From: Scenedesmus sp. PABB004 | Lineage: Eukaryota | Direction: 5' to 3' | NCBI GenBank assembly: GCA_014905635.1 | Contig: JABVCE010000012.1 | Span: 496,001 to 560,000 of the forward strand | Length of the DNA stretch: 64,000 nucleotides | Shown here: piece after piece, positions 61,855 to 64,000 of the stretch | Layout: each line of letters begins with the position of its first letter | Numbering within the stretch: position 1 is the stretch's first letter | Position numbers and translations under genes: made by a program | The notes under the pieces: generated by a model | The model's database searches: none | What the model saw: only the letters and a program-made list of their open reading frames with translations | Told to the model about the DNA's origin: nothing

Positions 61855-62486
61855 GGTGGCCCCCGACAGCCTGCGGGCCAGCAGGGAGCAGGGGGCGGGG
61901 CGCCTACAGCAGCGGGCGAGCGCGCGGGCGGCGTGAGCGCAGCAGCAGCAGCGCGCGGCGCCCGCCCCCGCCCCGGCGCGGCGGCGCGGCGGCGGGCCTT
62001 CCAGCGGCGCCCGGGCCGCGCAGGCCCAGCGGCCCACGCGACGCGCCCGCCCGCCGCGCACCGCCGGAGCCCCCGCCGCCCGCAGCGGGCGCCGCGCAGC
62101 GCTGCCCGCCCGCTGCTGCCCTCCCCGCCTGCCCGCGCGCGGCTCGCCTGGTGCTGCGCTGGGCGGCACGGCCTGGTCTCCAGGCGTCCGCAGGCCCGCG
62201 CCCCGCCTGGCCAGGGGCGCGCGGCGGGCGGGGGCGGCCGCTGGGCGGCGCAGCGCGTGCGGGAGCTGTGTCGGCCGCGGCTGGTGCTTGTGCGTGTGCG
62301 CGTGTGGCAGGGGGGCTGAAGGCTGCGGCTGTGGGTGGCGGCGGGGCGGCGCGCGCGGGGGCCTCCTCGGCGGCGGCGCAGGCAGGCGGTCGGGCGGCGC
62401 CTGCGCCCTGGGCCCTGCACCGCCGCTCGCCGCGGCCGGGGCACGGCTCGGGCGGTCGCGGTCGCGGGCTGTTGCAGTCGCGCGCG

Positions 62487-64000
62487 TCAGAACTGCTCGA
62501 CGTCGACGTACGTCGCGGGCACGAGGCCGCGCGCGCCGTCGCCGTCGCGCACGACCGTGTACCAGCCGTCCACCTCCGCCTCCACCCACAGCCCGTCCCC
62601 GACCGCGACGCTGAGCTCGCCCTCCGCCTCGGCGTCAAACGCGTACAGCACGCGCACCTGGCGGGCGCGGCGGCAGGGGCGGGGGGGGGGGGGGGGGCGT
62701 CGGTCGGCAGGGGCGGGGGCGGACCGGCGGCCCGCGCGGCGCGGCGCGCGCGGCGCGCGGGCGGGCGGGCGGGGCGGGGGCGGGGCGCTGCGCAAGCGAG
62801 CGGGCTGCGCGCGGGCGCCGCCGCCGCCGCCGCGCCTTGGTCGGCTGGTACCGGTACCCCTCCTCGCCGCCGCCGCCGCCCGCGAGCGACGCTGCGTCGG
62901 GTGAGCCCGGCCCGCCGCCGCCGAGGCCGCCGCCGCCCGGGCCGCGCGGCGTCGGCGCCGCCGCCGCGGCGCCGGGCGACGCCGGCACCGCGAGCGGCGT
63001 CGCGGCGGCGGCGGGCGCGCTGCTGGCGCCGCCGCCGCCCACGGCGTGCCGGCGCAGCGCCTCGAGCTTGTCCAGCCCCGCCAGCACGCGGTCAGCCATT
63101 TGCCGCCGCATTGCGCGCGCGTCGCCGGCGAGCTGCGGCGCGGCGCGGCGCGGCGCGGTGTGTGCTGTGTGGGCGCGGGCGGCGCGCGGGCGGCGTGCGC
63201 GCGGGTGCCCGGCCCGCTGCGCGTGGGCGCGCGCACGTGCAGCGCGTCGAGCTGCGTGAGCGCGGCGCCGAGGCTCTCGCGCAGGTGGAGGTACTGCGGC
63301 TGGTTGAAGGCGCCGCCGCCCCGCGACGCCGCGTCCAGCGCGTCCACCTGTGGCGCACGTGCGCGCGCGCCGCGGGCCGGCGGCGTGAGCGGCGAGCGCA
63401 CTTTGTCCGAGCACGGGCGTCAGCGCGGGCGCGCACGCGCGGGCGCGCGCAGGGCGCCGCAGGCACCTGCGCCAGCGCGGTGTCAACCTCGCCGCCCTGC
63501 TGCGCGACGAGCGCGACCATGCGCGCCGCGGTCGCGGCGTCGACGTCGCCCCCGACGCCGCCGTCGTCGGCGGACGAGCGCCTGTCGGCGGCGGGGCAGC
63601 AGGGCGACGTCGGCTCAGCGGCGAGCGCGGGCCGAGGGCGGCGGCGGCGGCGGCGGCCAGGTGCAACCCCCAACGCCCCACGCCCACGCCCACGCACGAG
63701 CCCGCGCGCACCTCGCGCCGCGCGCGCCGCGCTGGCGCGGCGCGCCGAAGGTCGACGACGACGCCTCGCTGTCGGCCGTGCTCACGCGCGTGCGGAGCCG
63801 CATCGATGACCTGCCGGGGGGGGGGGGGGCAGCGGCGCGGGGCGGCGTGGGCGGCGCCAGGCGCGGCGCGCGCTGCGCACGCCCTCTCTCGGGCTCCGCC
63901 CTGCCCCCGATCCAACGCACCCCCCCCCCCCACACACACTACACACACAACACAAGACGCCCAACACGCCCCAGCACGCCCCCCTCACCGCGCGAGGAAT
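62487..64000 (-). CDS. 3' end of a protein with a BAG-like domain and C-terminal SH3 domain (5' end outside the window)
   Basis: VRVLYAFDAEAEGELSVAVGD...VDGWY...GLVPATYV (SH3); YLHLRESLGAALTQLDALH|LAGDARAMRRQMADRVLAGLDKLEAL (BAG-like). Confidence 0.75.

Noticed and set aside
10635..62425. Diversity-generating retroelement or CRISPR-like explanation for the variable cassettes
   Set aside because: No reverse transcriptase, no template/variable repeat pair with adenine-specific changes, and no regular repeat-spacer array or cas genes.
10635..62425. Endogenous giant-virus insertion
   Set aside because: No NCLDV hallmark genes; the cassettes carry host-type introns and host GC content and lie among ordinary algal genes.
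62487..62660. Calling the SH3 gene TASH3
   Set aside because: The SH3 resembles it (EVDGW...GLVP..YV), but the adjacent region looks BAG-like and the rest of the gene is outside the window.

Overview
Extremely GC-rich, intron-containing eukaryotic DNA with short (~100-200 bp) introns and TGTAA polyadenylation signals. It looks like a chlorophyte green alga, resembling Sphaeropleales such as Raphidocelis/Monoraphidium (inference). Most ORFs in the supplied track are spurious GC-rich frames. Real genes, in order: 3' part of ATM kinase; a PAM2 + tandem SpoVS-like protein; SDS22-like LRR protein; two tandem pyruvate kinases; a secreted Cys-rich repeat protein; a secreted GIN/DUF2807-like Ser-Pro protein; a poly-Q protein with a Rho_N-like tail; two tandem CRAL-TRIO proteins; a small membrane-anchored protein; a RING-CH E3 ligase; a SnoaL + lipocalin-like fusion; and the 3' end of a BAG-like + SH3 protein. 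The standout feature is nine dispersed copies (A-I) of a ~1.3-1.7 kb cassette. Each carries about 550-600 bp of conserved upstream DNA plus an F-box-like/ankyrin-repeat gene. The copies share a common 5' boundary, usually sit just 3' of a co-oriented gene, are mosaics of one another, and are hypervariable at specific ankyrin positions. They are also associated with local rearrangements, including an inverted partial copy of the RING gene and a duplication of its promoter and ATG in front of another gene. GC-AG introns are unusually frequent.
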